DNA of 52,493 nucleotides from positions 6,949,577-7,002,069 of the forward strand of contig NC_068983.1 of assembly GCF_001194135.2 (NCBI RefSeq). The letters run 5' to 3'. The notes under the pieces were generated by a model. The model saw nothing but the letters and a program-made list of their open reading frames with translations. It was not told the DNA's origin and searched no databases. Positions within the stretch are counted from its first letter, which is position 1, and every line of letters begins with the position of its first letter. Positions 23,761-35,707 of the stretch are shown piece by piece. This DNA is from Octopus bimaculoides. Its lineage: Eukaryota. A program made the position numbers and the translations under genes.

Positions 23761-24313
23761 TTCGAAAGCTAAAACACTGCAAAACACATTGTGACCAGCG
23801 ATGTCTAACAACATCCGATACTCTCTTCAATCACGTGACCGCTATAGCTAGTGTCTTCACCGCTAAGATTTTCATGCTTGCCACATAAAAAATATGGTTA
23901 CTTTCAAAATCACTCGTTACCGAATTCACCAGTGATAGTTCAACCTACATCGATTTTAGAATGTCAGTCATTTCAAATTATAAAGCCAGCCGTCATCCCA
24001 TGTATTAAATATAGCTCTATCATATTTACAATGTCTGTCGTTTCACCTACAGCTTTCGAGTGGAACATAAATTTCTATGTTGTTTTGTTCCAACGATAAT
24101 TGAAAGAACGTCAGTCAAGTCGTCTTTAATATGGTTAGAAATTGTCTTCCTTCTATAATAAATAATGTTCTCTAACGATTTCATATTCCCAGGGGGGTAC
24201 TTGCCTGGGAAGTGATTAGATCTGAGAACGAGTGTTGAAACTAAAATAATTACAAGCGTGGAAAACGCAGATTAACCATTCGAAAACACAAGCAAAAACT
24301 ATTAACTTTATTT

Positions 24314-24980
24314 AGGCGCAGGAGTGGTTGTGTGGTAAGTAGCTTGCTTACCAACTGTGGTGTATGCGTGCGAATAGAAGTAATCGGCTTACCTCGTTTT
24401 CCTTCCCTTGCACGAGTCTGTCCTGCGGTATCCGATCCTCGCGCCTGGCCCGACCCGAAGAACGCTAGAAATAGCAGCTGCTTCTCCCAACACCTAGACG
24501 TCCTCTCGTCACAACAACCCCGCTCGAAAAGGGCACGAAATCGCAATCGAGGCTCCCTCTGCCCCTCTTCCTCTTCCGGTCAGCTCCCAGTTCCGGTCAG
24601 CGGACAGCTCCCCAGTTGCTGACGTCATACCACACCAACCACATGGTTTCCGGTTCAGTCCCACTGTGTGGCACCTTGGGCAAGTATCTTCTACTGTAGC
24701 CTCGGGCTGACCAAAGTCTTGTGAGTGAATTTGGTAGACGGAAACTGAAAGAAGCCCGACGTATATATATTTATATATATCCGTGATTACGTTTGTGTGT
24801 CTGCGTTTGTCCCACCACCATTGCTTGACAACCGACGTCGGTGTGTTTACGTCCCTCGGCAAAAGAGACCGATAGTAAAAGTACTAGGCTTACAAAGAAT
24901 AAGTCCTGGAGTCGACTTGTTCGACTAAAGGCGGTGCTCCAGCATGGCCGCAGTCAAATGATGAAGCAAATAAAAGAATT
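24314..24980 (+). mobile_element. Family B SINE interrupted by a solo LTR
   Basis: Removing 24356-24638 restores cttaccaaccacatgg of the B head. Confidence 0.9.
24356..24633. mobile_element. Solo LTR (278 bp) with 5-bp TSD
   Basis: TG...CA ends, terminal inverted tgtggtgtatg/cataccaca, TSD ccaac at 24351-24355 and 24634-24638; GC- and CpG-rich. Confidence 0.88.
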
Positions 24981-25007
24981 TAATTGCTATTTAAAAATTT
25001 TTTAAAA

Positions 25008-25729
25008 CTTTTTTACTTGTTTCAGTCATTTGACTACAGCCATGCTGGAGCACCGCATTGGAGGGTTCTACTCAAACGAATTGACTCCAGGACTCAATTT
25101 TTAAAAAAGATTTTGACATCAAATAATAAATAACAGTTTTTGTGTGTTTTTTTTACAATGGCCAGTATGTGTCGGATATTGTTTTAGCTAAAATTCGTGC
25201 AACACCAATAATATAATCTTTAACAAACGTTCTTTGAAGTGCTATTTCAATTTATTTGCAATTAGCTCGTACAATTTGTAATTCGTTTGTCTTGTTACTC
25301 TTTTGCTTGTTTCACTCGTTGGACTGCAGCCATGCTGGAGCGCCACCTCGAAGGGTTTTAGTAAAAGGTTTTAGTCGAACAAAAATCTACCCCACTACTT
25401 ATTTGCAAATCTGGTAATTATTTTATCGGTCTCCTTTGATTCTCTTTTGATGAACCACTAAGCTGCAGGAACATAAACAAGTCAATACCAGTTGTCCAAC
25501 GGTGGTGTGAGGACAGACACAAACACAAACACACACCCATACACATATTCTCTCTCTCTCTCACACACACACATGCGACGGGCTTCTTTCAGTTTCTGTC
25601 TACCAAATTCACTAACAAGGCTTTGGTTGGTTGGGGCTAAAACAGAAGACACCTGGCCCGGGTTCCACGCAGCGAGACTAAACCCGAAGTCATGTGGTTG
25701 AGAGGCAAACGTCTTACCGCAGAGCAATG
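25008..25729 (-). mobile_element. Family B SINE tail (25008-25095) and near-full copy (25299-25729)
   Basis: Reverse-complement tails cttgtttcagtcatttgact.. and core gggcttctttcagtttctgtctaccaaa. Confidence 0.85.
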
Positions 25730-26699
25730 GGTAAGAGCACGTCAAAAGGCGTAAAACAGACACAGACAGACTCGTGGTCAGACTTGACCAAATACCTAAA
25801 ATCCAATATCAAACGATAGGAGACGTGTTTAAGTTAAATAAATGGCTATTGGAAATGCAGCAGTCAGGATAATGAAAATAAAGTTAAAACAGAAGATAGA
25901 CAGATGGTTGTTAATGGCACCGAAGCAGTTATAAAATAGCTATACAGACGTGTAAATAAATATATTTTATTGTGACAGGAGAGTCATTATGCTAATAACA
26001 ACACACGCATAGATTCAGTTACACTTCTTTATTGTTAGTCAATTGGTTAAATATCTAACCAACTAACTAATCGATCGTTTGTTTAATCTGTTGGTTAAAC
26101 AATCAATCAGTTGTTTATTAGTCAAAGTTCTTCCGTAGCTGTTCGCTATATTTTCCGTGATTTGGTAACTTCCCATCTCGCTCCAACATTTGCAAGTCAT
26201 TAATGGTCTACTCTGAGTCTGTCCGAACGAATTTAGTCTACAACCCTGAGGTGATGCACTCTCTAATGATGTGGAAATGTTGGAAGGTTATTCTAATTTT
26301 CAGACAGGAGAACACAATGCCTCTCAGCAGAAAGACAGCAAAAAGCAAACAGGAAAATGGAAGTCCATAATTGTTCCTCGTACTTAGAAAGATATCCAGA
26401 GACTTCGTGCTCTAATGTCACAGATAACAATGGGAAGAATCCATACAAGTCTTCATAGTAGTTCTTCGTAGATAGATAGACATCCAGAGAATTCGTGTTC
26501 TAGCATCACAGATAAGAGAAAGGATAATCCAGTAAATCTTTTACACCTGTTTCTAGGATGCGGTGTTTGTGCATTGTGTGTGAGTAAATTGGAGTTATCA
26601 AATGTATATGAAATAACACAATGTTATAGTGCCATCTATCTTATCAGGGGTAGGTACGTCACTGAGAAAGCTGTGCCATTGTGGATGTTTAAATGTAGA

Positions 26700-27500
26700 T
26701 GTGTGTAGAAGTGGTGTTATTGCAGGATTAGGGAAAGTGTGTAATTATGGGAGATATGTATTCGAGGAAGGTACGTGATTGTTGTAGATGTGTGATTATG
26801 GAATATGTTTGTTTGTAGAAGATGTGTGATTGTGAAAAATGCGTAGACGTGGGTGTCGTGTGAAAATGGAAGATGTATAAATGTGGAAGATATATGATTG
26901 CAGAGAATGTTTGATAGCAGAAGACGCGTAAGTGTGGAAAAGCGTATGAATGGAAGATACGTACGAGTGCAAGATGTATGAATGTGGAAGTTATCCGATT
27001 GTAGAGGTTGCCCGAGTGTGGAAGTGCAGTAAGTGATCGGAAGTTGTGCAAAAGCAGAAGTGTGAAAGACGTATTAGTGTAAAAAAAAATGTGTGGTTGT
27101 GGAAGATGTGTGACAGCGGAAATTGCGCGAGTGTGGAACACGCGTAAGTGTGGAAAATGTAAGATTATGAAATACTGTAATCCTTCGATTATCGCAAGTA
27201 TTACGTTCCAAAACCTCCCATAGAAATAATTAAAATCTAAAAAAATATAAATACCTCTCGGCCGCAGAAACTCAGATATACTGAGGAATCTGCGATGTAA
27301 ATTTACATATATTAGCCAGAAAAATCCGCGATGTACTGAATGCGCGATAAGTGAACCGCGATATGGCGAGAGATCACTGTATATGTAAATTGCGGTAAAA
27401 GTAATTGTGGAATATGTGTTGTTGTGAAAGCTTTGTGAATATGCAAGGTGTGTAATCATGTGGGAAGTGTATAAATTTTCAGAGGTGTGTAATTTCAGGA
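26700..27500. repeat. Highly degenerate ~18-20 bp minisatellite (aagtgtggaagatgtgt-like)
   Basis: Recurrent tgtggaa/gatgtgt motifs on both sides of the MITE. Confidence 0.6.
27175..27379. mobile_element. Tigger/pogo-type (Tc1/mariner superfamily) MITE, 205 bp
   Basis: TA|ctgtaatccttcgattatcgc ... gcgatatggcgagagatcactg|TA: imperfect TIRs with TA TSD. Confidence 0.75.
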
Positions 27501-27880
27501 AATGTGGATTTTATGTATGAGATTGCTTTCATAGGAATCTTAACGTTACCGTAATTGTGTTTTGAAGTGAGTGAGCTTCTCAATGTTTTCGTATTGATGT
27601 CTGTTTTTTTACAGTGATTACAGAGAATTTAAACATTCATGTTTTGAATNNNNNNNNNNNNNNNNNNNNNNNNNNNNNNNNNNNNNNNNNNNNNNNNNNN
27701 NNNNNNNNNNNNNNNNNNNNNNNNNNNNNNNNNNNNNNNNNNNNNNNNNNNNNNNNNNNNNNNNNNNNNNNNNNNNNNNNNNNNNNNNNNNNNNNNNNNN
27801 NNNNNNNNNNNNNNNNNNNNNNNNNNNNNNNNNNNNNNNNNNNNNNNNNNNNNNNNNNNNNNNNNNNNNNNNNNNNNNNN

Positions 27881-27884
27881 CTGC

Positions 27885-27916
<32 letters not shown>

Positions 27917-27960
27917 TCGCCGCCGCCGCCACCATCACCACCACCACCACCACCACCACC

Positions 27961-27991
<31 letters not shown>

Positions 27992-28321
27992 TCACCACCA
28001 CAACTACATCAAACACCACCACTACTACTGCAATCATCATCAGCAGCAGCAGCACTACCACCAACAACATGAACGACACCACCACTACCACCACCACTAC
28101 CACCACCATCACCACAACAACAACAAACAACACCACTTCCACAACTACTGTAACTACTACAACTATCACTACCACTACATTATATCTACCACCACAACTA
28201 TCACCGTAACGATCCAATCTCCCCACCATCACTACAACCACTACGACTACCACCACCACTACTTTACAACCACCATCAGCAATGCTAATGTCACTACCGC
28301 CACAACTACTACCACCTTCAC
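27881..28321. repeat. Trinucleotide mosaic (CTG/CAC/CTA/CAA) between gaps
   Basis: Visible runs. Confidence 0.92.
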
Positions 28322-29093
28322 NNNNNNNNNNNNNNNNNNNNNNNNNNNNNNNNNNNNNNNNNNNNNNNNNNNNNNNNNNNNNNNNNNNNNNNNNNNNNNN
28401 NNNNNNNNNNNNNNNNNNNNNNNNNNNNNNNNNNNNNNNNNNNNNNNNNNNNNNNNNNNNNNNNNNNNNNNNNNNNNNNNNNNNNNNNNNNNNNNNNNNN
28501 NNNNNNNNNNNNNNNNNNNNNNNNNNNNNNNNNNNNNNNNNNNNNNNNNNNNNNNNNNNNNNNNNNNNNNNNNNNNNNNNNNNNNNNNNNNNNNNNNNNN
28601 NNNNNNNNNNNNNNNNNNNNNNNNNNNNNNNNNNNNNNNNNNNNNNNNNNNNNNNNNNNNNNNNNNNNNNNNNNNNNNNNNNNNNNNNNNNNNNNNNNNN
28701 NNNNNNNNNNNNNNNNNNNNNNNNNNNNNNNNNNNNNNNNNNNNNNNNNNNNNNNNNNNNNNNNNNNNNNNNNNNNNNNNNNNNNNNNNNNNNNNNNNNN
28801 NNNNNNNNNNNNNNNNNNNNNNNNNNNNNNNNNNNNNNNNNNNNNNNNNNNNNNNNNNNNNNNNNNNNNNNNNNNNNNNNNNNNNNNNNNNNNNNNNNNN
28901 NNNNNNNNNNNNNNNNNNNNNNNNNNNNNNNNNNNNNNNNNNNNNNNNNNNNNNNNNNNNNNNNNNNNNNNNNNNNNNNNNNNNNNNNNNNNNNNNNNNN
29001 NNNNNNNNNNNTTGTTAACAAGTTCGCTTCATTATGACGTCATTTCGGGTTTTGATCACGAACGCGAAACGATGTCTTTATTCACCAAACAAA

Positions 29094-29180
29094 GGCAGCG
29101 AGCTGGCAGAATCGTTAGCACGCCGGGGAAAAATAGTTAGTAGCATTACGTCCGTCATTACGTTCTGAGTTCAAATTCCG
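29094..29180 (+). mobile_element. Family A SINE head only, abutting a LINE fossil
   Basis: ggcagcgagctggcagaatcgttagcacgccgg..gagttcaaattccgc, then LINE sequence. Confidence 0.85.
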
Positions 29181-29931
29181 CAACTGCTTAACCTCCCACG
29201 CTAACCTGTCATATCGATCGACTTTCTTTCTACCTTATCGCATACCTTGTTGTCAGCTGGGCATGCTATATCTATGATCCAGCATAGCTTGTTTTCTTTC
29301 TCAATTAAGACTATGTCTGGTTGCCTNNNNNNNNNNCTTGTTTTCTTTCTCAATTAAGACTATGTCTGGTTGCCTATTCTCTATCTCATGGTCGCACTGA
29401 ATCATAAAATCCCATAGGATTTTTGCATTATTATTTTTGATGATGCCTTCGGATTTATGGTCGTACCAATTTTTTGCTCTGTCAAGTCCATAGTTGTTGC
29501 AAAGTGTCCAATGGACAAGCCTGGATATATTGTCGTGGCATCTCTTATATTCCTTCTGGGCTAGTGGCGTACATTGGCTGGTAATATGCCATACGGTTTC
29601 ACCATTTTGTCCACAGATTCTGCAATTACTACTTTCTGATATGTTGTCTATTCTGTATTTTATTTATCTTGTTCTTAGTGCTTGCTCTTGTCCAGCACAG
29701 ATTAGAGCCTCCGTTTCCAGTTTTAAATCACTTTTAGTCATTCACAGTCATATTTTTTCTCTGTCTGTCTTATATTCAACATTCCTATGAAATTTTCCAT
29801 GCATTCTTTTCTTTGCCCACCTATTTTCAGTTTCATTCGTTTTCAATTTCTTGTATAGTGCTTTATCTGTGCAATCTTTCATCCTACACAAGCCTGACCT
29901 ACTTACTTCTAATAATAGCGGTTCTGTGGCA

Positions 29932-29933
<2 letters not shown>
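29180..29933 (-). mobile_element. Fossil R4/Dong-like LINE (copy A): CCHC knuckle plus RLE domain
   Basis: Translates WAKKRMHGKF..ETEALICAGQEQALRT..CRICGQNGETVWHITSQC (CX2CX8HX4C)..ILWDFMIQCDHEIENRQPDIVLIEKENKLCWIIDIACP..KVDRYDRL; contains stops and a frameshift. Confidence 0.9.
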
Positions 29934-29981
<48 letters not shown>

Positions 29982-29983
<2 letters not shown>

Positions 29984-30436
29984 GACGTCGCACAGTATAC
30001 AATATGGTTGTTGATTGAAGACATTGTGTCTACCGGGGGTTTGTACTGTTTGTCAAGTCACAAGGACCTCAGACAGACACTACTTTATGCAACTTGCGTG
30101 CAGTTCCAAGTAGTGCCGAATTTTGTAATACATCTAGATTGTAGGGTATTTCTAAGGTTTTCAGATGTTTTTTTATTTTTCGGTTGGGTGGTATTGAACC
30201 CAATGCTCCGATGACCTTTATGTTTGACTCTCGTAGCTGCCACGTCTTAGCGATCTCAATTCTCAAGTCTCCATATTTATCAACTTATTCTCTTTCTTTC
30301 GTGATGGTATGTCGATCTCCTGGCACTGCTATATCGATTATTAGGCACTCTTGTTTGTCCCTCCTAAAGGTTACTATATTCGACCTTCGGTGCTCTAACA
30401 CTTTGTCTGTCTGTCTGGAAATCAAAGTCCCAGAGC
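29982..30436 (-). mobile_element. Fossil R4/Dong-like LINE (copy B): RLE C-terminus and 3'UTR ending in (TAA)n
   Basis: LWDFDFQTD..CLIIDIAVPGD..KYGDLRIEIAKTW..IGALGSIP..LQNSALLGTARKLHKV; the 3'UTR is followed by (TAA)n at 29934-29981. Confidence 0.9.
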
Positions 30437-31470
30437 ACAACATCTACAGAACACAACAAAATACCACAGAGCACTACAGAACACAACAGAACACTACAGA
30501 ACACATGTGAGCACTACAGAACACAGCAGAGCACTAGGAGTATTACAGAACACAACAAAATACCACAGAGCACTACAGAACACAGCATAACATCACAGAA
30601 CACAACAGAACACTATATAACACCACAGAGCACAACATAAAATTACAGAACACAACAGAACATTAGACAGCATTACATAACATCTTAGAACACCTTAGAA
30701 TATCCCATAACACTGGATCACACTACATTACTCTATATGTGTGTGTGTTGGCACTCCGTCGCTTACGACGTCGAGGGTTCCAGCTGATCCGATCAACGGA
30801 ACAGCCTGCTCGTGAAATTAAAGTGCAAGTGGCTGAGCACTCCACAGACACGTGTACCCTTAACGTAGTTCTCGGGGATATTCAGCGTGACACAGTGTGA
30901 CAAGACTGACCCTTTGAATTACAGGCACGACAGAAACAGGAAGTAAGAGTGAGAGAAAGTTGTGGTGAAAGAGTACAGCAGGGTTCGCCACCATCCCCTG
31001 CCGTAGCCTCGTGCAGCTTTANNNNNNNNNNCACTCCACAGACACGTGTACCCTTAACGTAGTTCTCGGGGATATTCAGCGTGACACAGTGTGACAAGAC
31101 TGACCCTTTGAATTACAGGCACGACAGAAACAGGAAGTAAGAGTGAGAGAAAGTTGTGGTGAAAGAGTACAGCAGGGTTCGCCACCATCCCCTGCCGTAG
31201 CCTCGTGCAGCTTTAGGTGTTTTCGCTCAATAAACACTCACAACGCCCGGTCTGGGAATCGAAACCGCGATCCTATAACCGCGAGTCCGCTGCCCTAACC
31301 ACTAGGCCATTGCGCCTCCACATTACTCTATATAACGTACATAATACAAGGGAACACTTCATAACACAACATAACATTACAGAACACTACGGAACAGTAA
31401 CACAACATAACACAACAAAAACACTATACAACACAGCATAATATCTTAGCGCAGAAGGTAACACTACAAA
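30432..31470. repeat. ~20-bp minisatellite (cactacagaacacaacagaa-like) interrupted by a SINE
   Basis: Copies at 30432-30720 and 31334-31470. Confidence 0.85.
30739..31319 (-). mobile_element. Family C SINE with 14-bp TSD
   Basis: TSD acattactctatat at 30725-30738 and 31320-31333; the duplication across the 10-N gap is an artefact. Confidence 0.92.
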
Positions 31471-31760
31471 ACACAAAAAGGCATTGGTTCTCAAAAGTGA
31501 CAAATACCAGCTACATCACCTCATTTCGTTCCCACAAATCCTCACGACTACTTTATTAATGAACCCTACATTACAACACGTAGTAATCCGGTAAATATCG
31601 CAGGTCATACTTCTAACAGGTCCATTATATCTAGAGCGGTTACTGTTTAGCACCTGTATAAGTATTCAAAAGAAAAACAAAATTCCTAGAAGGTACACAT
31701 TCTTTGTCACCGTCACAGATTTACACTAACATACGTATTTTACAGAGCTAAAGTGTGTGT

Positions 31761-31809
<49 letters not shown>

Positions 31810-31849
31810 GAGGTATATGTGTATGCACGACTTTGTAATATATATTATA

Positions 31850-32050
31850 TTCTTTTACATGTTACAGTCATTTAACTGTGTCCATGCTGGAGCACCGCTT
31901 TAAAGGGTTTTAGTCGAAGAAATTGACCCCCAAGACGTATTCTTTGTAAGCCTAGTACTTATTTTATCGGTCTCTTTTGCAGAAGCACGAAGTTACGGGG
32001 ACGTTAACATACCAACATCGGTTGTCAAGCGATGGTGGGCGACAAACGCA
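31850..32050 (-). mobile_element. Family B SINE tail
   Basis: cagtcatttaactgtgtccatgctggagcaccgc..caacatcggttgtcaagcgatggtgg. Confidence 0.87.
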
Positions 32051-32113
32051 CGTATGCATATTATTGCCTCTTGGCTGAAACAGCTGTAAGATATTATCCC
32101 AATAGATAGATAA

Positions 32114-32163
<50 letters not shown>

Positions 32164-32196
32164 GGATGGATGGATGAATGGATGGATGGATGGAGG

Positions 32197-32235
<39 letters not shown>

Positions 32236-32428
32236 GGATAGATAGATAAAAGGCATATAATACNNNNNNNNNNNNNNNNNNNNNNNNNNNNNNNNNNNNN
32301 NNNNNNNNNNNNNNNNNNNNNNNNNNNNNNNNNNNNNNNNNNNNNNNNNNNNNNNNNNNNNNNNNNNNNNNNNNNNNNNNNNNNNNNNNNNNNNNNNNNN
32401 NNNNNNNNNNNNNNNNNNNNNNNNNNNN

Positions 32429-32480
<52 letters not shown>

Positions 32481-33762
32481 CACACACGCACACACACACG
32501 CACACATGATCAATCTTTCCTTGTCACCATGACGGTCGTTGCCACCACCAAAAGGAAACAAAATCTCGATCTTTGTTTATATTTATTCATCAGATTCTGT
32601 AAGAAATGTTTACATATGAAATTACCAAAATAAAGAGATTTGTTTATGAGATCACACACATATTTTCTTTCGGCTGACATTCAACTAACTTGATTAAAAC
32701 GTTCCAACACGTTTGTTTACCAATATGTATTTTATTACGCAAACAACAGGTACAACTGTTTAACATATTTAACCTTCGATGCATTGTATTACAGCCAAAG
32801 TTGTTGTTGATGTTGCTGTCGTCGTTGGTACTGCTGTTGTTGCTGTTGTGGTCGTTTTTATCATTTAGCTCCGTTTCAACTTTGATCCAACAATTGAACT
32901 TAAGATCAAAATCGCTTGAGCCGTGATCATCCCGTTTTCCTTTCCTTCATTTTTCTTTTCTTTCATTCTTAATTTTCAGAATAGGTGCAGGCATGGCTGT
33001 ATAGCCAAGAACTTTGCTTTCTATCCACAGGGTTTCGGGTTCAGACAGGAGTCTAGATGTGGACTTAAAGTTTAGTTCTACACTACTCGAGACCCACAAC
33101 TTTAAAGAATCTTAAAAAAATCATCTCCAGATACGATTGTTCGATCTTTTGTTAGAAGCGCTTCTACCTTTCACAGATTTTGTTTTCCAATCTTGCCCTA
33201 TGCCCACACGGCCTGTTCATTCATTATTCAGAATAACAAGGGTGGGATAGTTTAGTTACGTTCAGCCTGATCAGGAAACAAGTTGTATTGGGTCACGTGC
33301 TACTAGAAGTACATAACCATTCGTCTTTTCGTGATTGAAAAATAGGTATCACTCCATTTTGTGTGTATACTGTGTGCTACTCTTGTTTGTATATGTCTAA
33401 ATTCTCTAGCTACAGGAGATAAAGTAGGACAACTGTCGTTCTGATGACGCTGGTTGAGACAGAATTACGCATCCACGACTGCCCTCTTTTCTCCAAACAA
33501 AAAGCTTGACTTTTTTCGCAGCGGCATGTCAACTTTGGAGAAGTTTTGGATCTTGAGATTGGCTCGCCATTTCTAATGGAGTTGGTATTAATTGTCATTT
33601 GGTAATAATAACACTTCCTCTAGAGGTGGAAATTATTTTTAACAAACCAAGAACTTAAGTTGTATAGCTTATGATATACCTGAATTTGTCGTTCAAATAC
33701 ATGCCATTGGCATGCAGCTCATTTTTGTTTAAATGTATGTATGTATGTATGTATGTATGTAT

Positions 33763-34015
33763 CTTCTATTTTTCAATTATTATAAATCGTCCACTGAGGA
33801 GGGAGCCGGTTTCCAACAAAGATACAAGGCTCCATCTTTGAGATGTAATTAACACAGACAAATTCACATTTGGAACTTGAGAAAAGTCTTGCATATTTTT
33901 ACTGTTCCACTCACAGATTACACTTGTAATGTACGAATCAGCCGGTCGATTCCTCTTTCTGAAAATCCCAGTATATCCAGATTCTCTTTTAAGCATTTAC
34001 TAACAAAACCTAGTC
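33763..34015 (-). mobile_element. 5'-truncated RLE-type non-LTR retrotransposon end embedded in (TATG)n/(CATA)n
   Basis: Reverse complement translates RLGFVSKCLKENLDILGFSERGIDRLIRTLQV*SVSGTVKICKTFLKFQM*, resembling the LG....L..L......LQ....GT..I C-terminus of R4/Dong-like ORFs; a 3'UTR follows; (TATG)n lies on both sides (33733-33762 and from 34016). Confidence 0.7.
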
Positions 34016-35330
34016 TATGTATGTACGTATGTATGTATGTATGTANNNNNNNNNNNNNNNNNNNNNNNNNNNNNNNNNNNNNNNNNNNNNNNNNNNNNNN
34101 NNNNNNNNNNNNNNNNNNNNNNNNNNNNNNNNNNNNNNTGTATGTATTATGTATGTATGTATGTACGTATGTGTGTATGTATATATGTATGTACGTACAT
34201 ATGTATGTGTATGTAAGTACGTACATATGTGTATGTGTGTATGTATGTATGTATGTATGTATGCACATATGTATGTATGTGTGTGTATGTATGTATGTAC
34301 GTACGTACGTACGTACGTATGTGTGTGTGTGTATATATGTATGATTGTACGTACATATGTATGTATGTGTGTTTGTATGTACGTACATATGTGTGTCTGT
34401 GTGTATATATGTACGTACATGTGTATGTATGTATGTATGTATGTATGTATGTATGTATGTATGTATGTATGTATGTATGTATATAAGTATGTATGTATGT
34501 TAACTCTAGATATATGCATAAAGTCCTTATAGTGATGAATATAAGTGTTGAATTGGCGAAACCTTTATTTAGAACTTCGGATTAAATAACTTGTTCTGTT
34601 TTACTTCCGGTCCACAATATTTTGAGTTCAAACCGCTCAAGAATAAACCTCGTCATTCCTACTTCCGGATTTGATAAAATAATTTATTTATTGAGAGTGA
34701 TTTAATCGACTGATAATAGTGTCGCTCAGGATTCCTCAAACTGAGGATCGTAAACGATTCATATAAGTGCTTTGTGCGCTTTTTAAGGGCAAAGGAAGAT
34801 TTAAAGAACTTACGGCAGAGTATTCTTGTGAAGCGTAGCAGAAGCTTCAGATATTGTTGTAATTCTGAAAGTGATAATGGTGGATTGGCACAAAGTGGAG
34901 AGCCCGTCATCGTGCTCGAGGAAGAGGAGAAGAAAGAGAGGAAGAAGAAGAAGGAGGAGGAGGAGAGGAAGAAGAAGAAGAAGAAGAAGAAGAAGAAGAA
35001 GAAGAAGAAGAAGAAGAAGAAGAAGAAGAAGGAAGGAGGAGGAGAAGAAGAAGAAGAAGAAGAAGAAGAAGAAGAAGAAGAAGAAGAATAAGAAGAAGAA
35101 GAAGAAGATACGAAGGAAAGGAAAAGGAGGAAGAGGAGGAGACGAAAATGAGGAGACGGAGAAGAAGAAGAAGAAAAAGAAGAAGAAGAAGAAAAAGAAG
35201 AAGAAGAAGAAAAAGAAGAAGATGCGAAGGAGAGGAAAAAGAGGAAGAAGAAGAGGAGGAATAGGGGAAAGAAGAAGGAGAGGAGGAATAGGGGAAAGAA
35301 GAAGGAGAGGAGGAAGAGGTGAAGCAAAAG
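34016..35330. repeat. (TATG)n block 34016-34500 and (GAA/GGA)n block 34921-35330
   Basis: Visible runs. Confidence 0.93.
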
Positions 35331-35707
35331 GACACAGATGAAAGTTATACGTGATTAACGAAACAGTGTGTTCAGTAGTCTTCGTAATAATTATGTTCCG
35401 GTTCAATTCCTCATGTGTTGAACTAGAACCCTCGTTATGAGGTCACCTGTAAGTGAGCGGAAAAGAACGACACAGTTTCAGTTCTCACGCAAAACAAGAT
35501 CACATCACTTACCTAAGCTAACGTGAGAGCCACTACGCACGTGTTTCCTCCAGTTTAACTGCAATTTAAATTATGGCAGGTTACAAATTATCCCAGCGTA
35601 TCATATAAAAACACAGATACAAAATTCTAGTACAATTCAGTGTTGTTATAAACCCTGTTTTAGCGAGAGAGGGAATTATTTTGTCGACATTAAATATTGG
35701 GTGTGTA

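Noticed and set aside
26728-27459. 243-aa minus-strand ORF (longest gap-free ORF)
   Set aside because: It runs through a degenerate minisatellite and straight across a TA-flanked MITE; the scattered CGK-like triplets on the + strand lack C2H2 spacing
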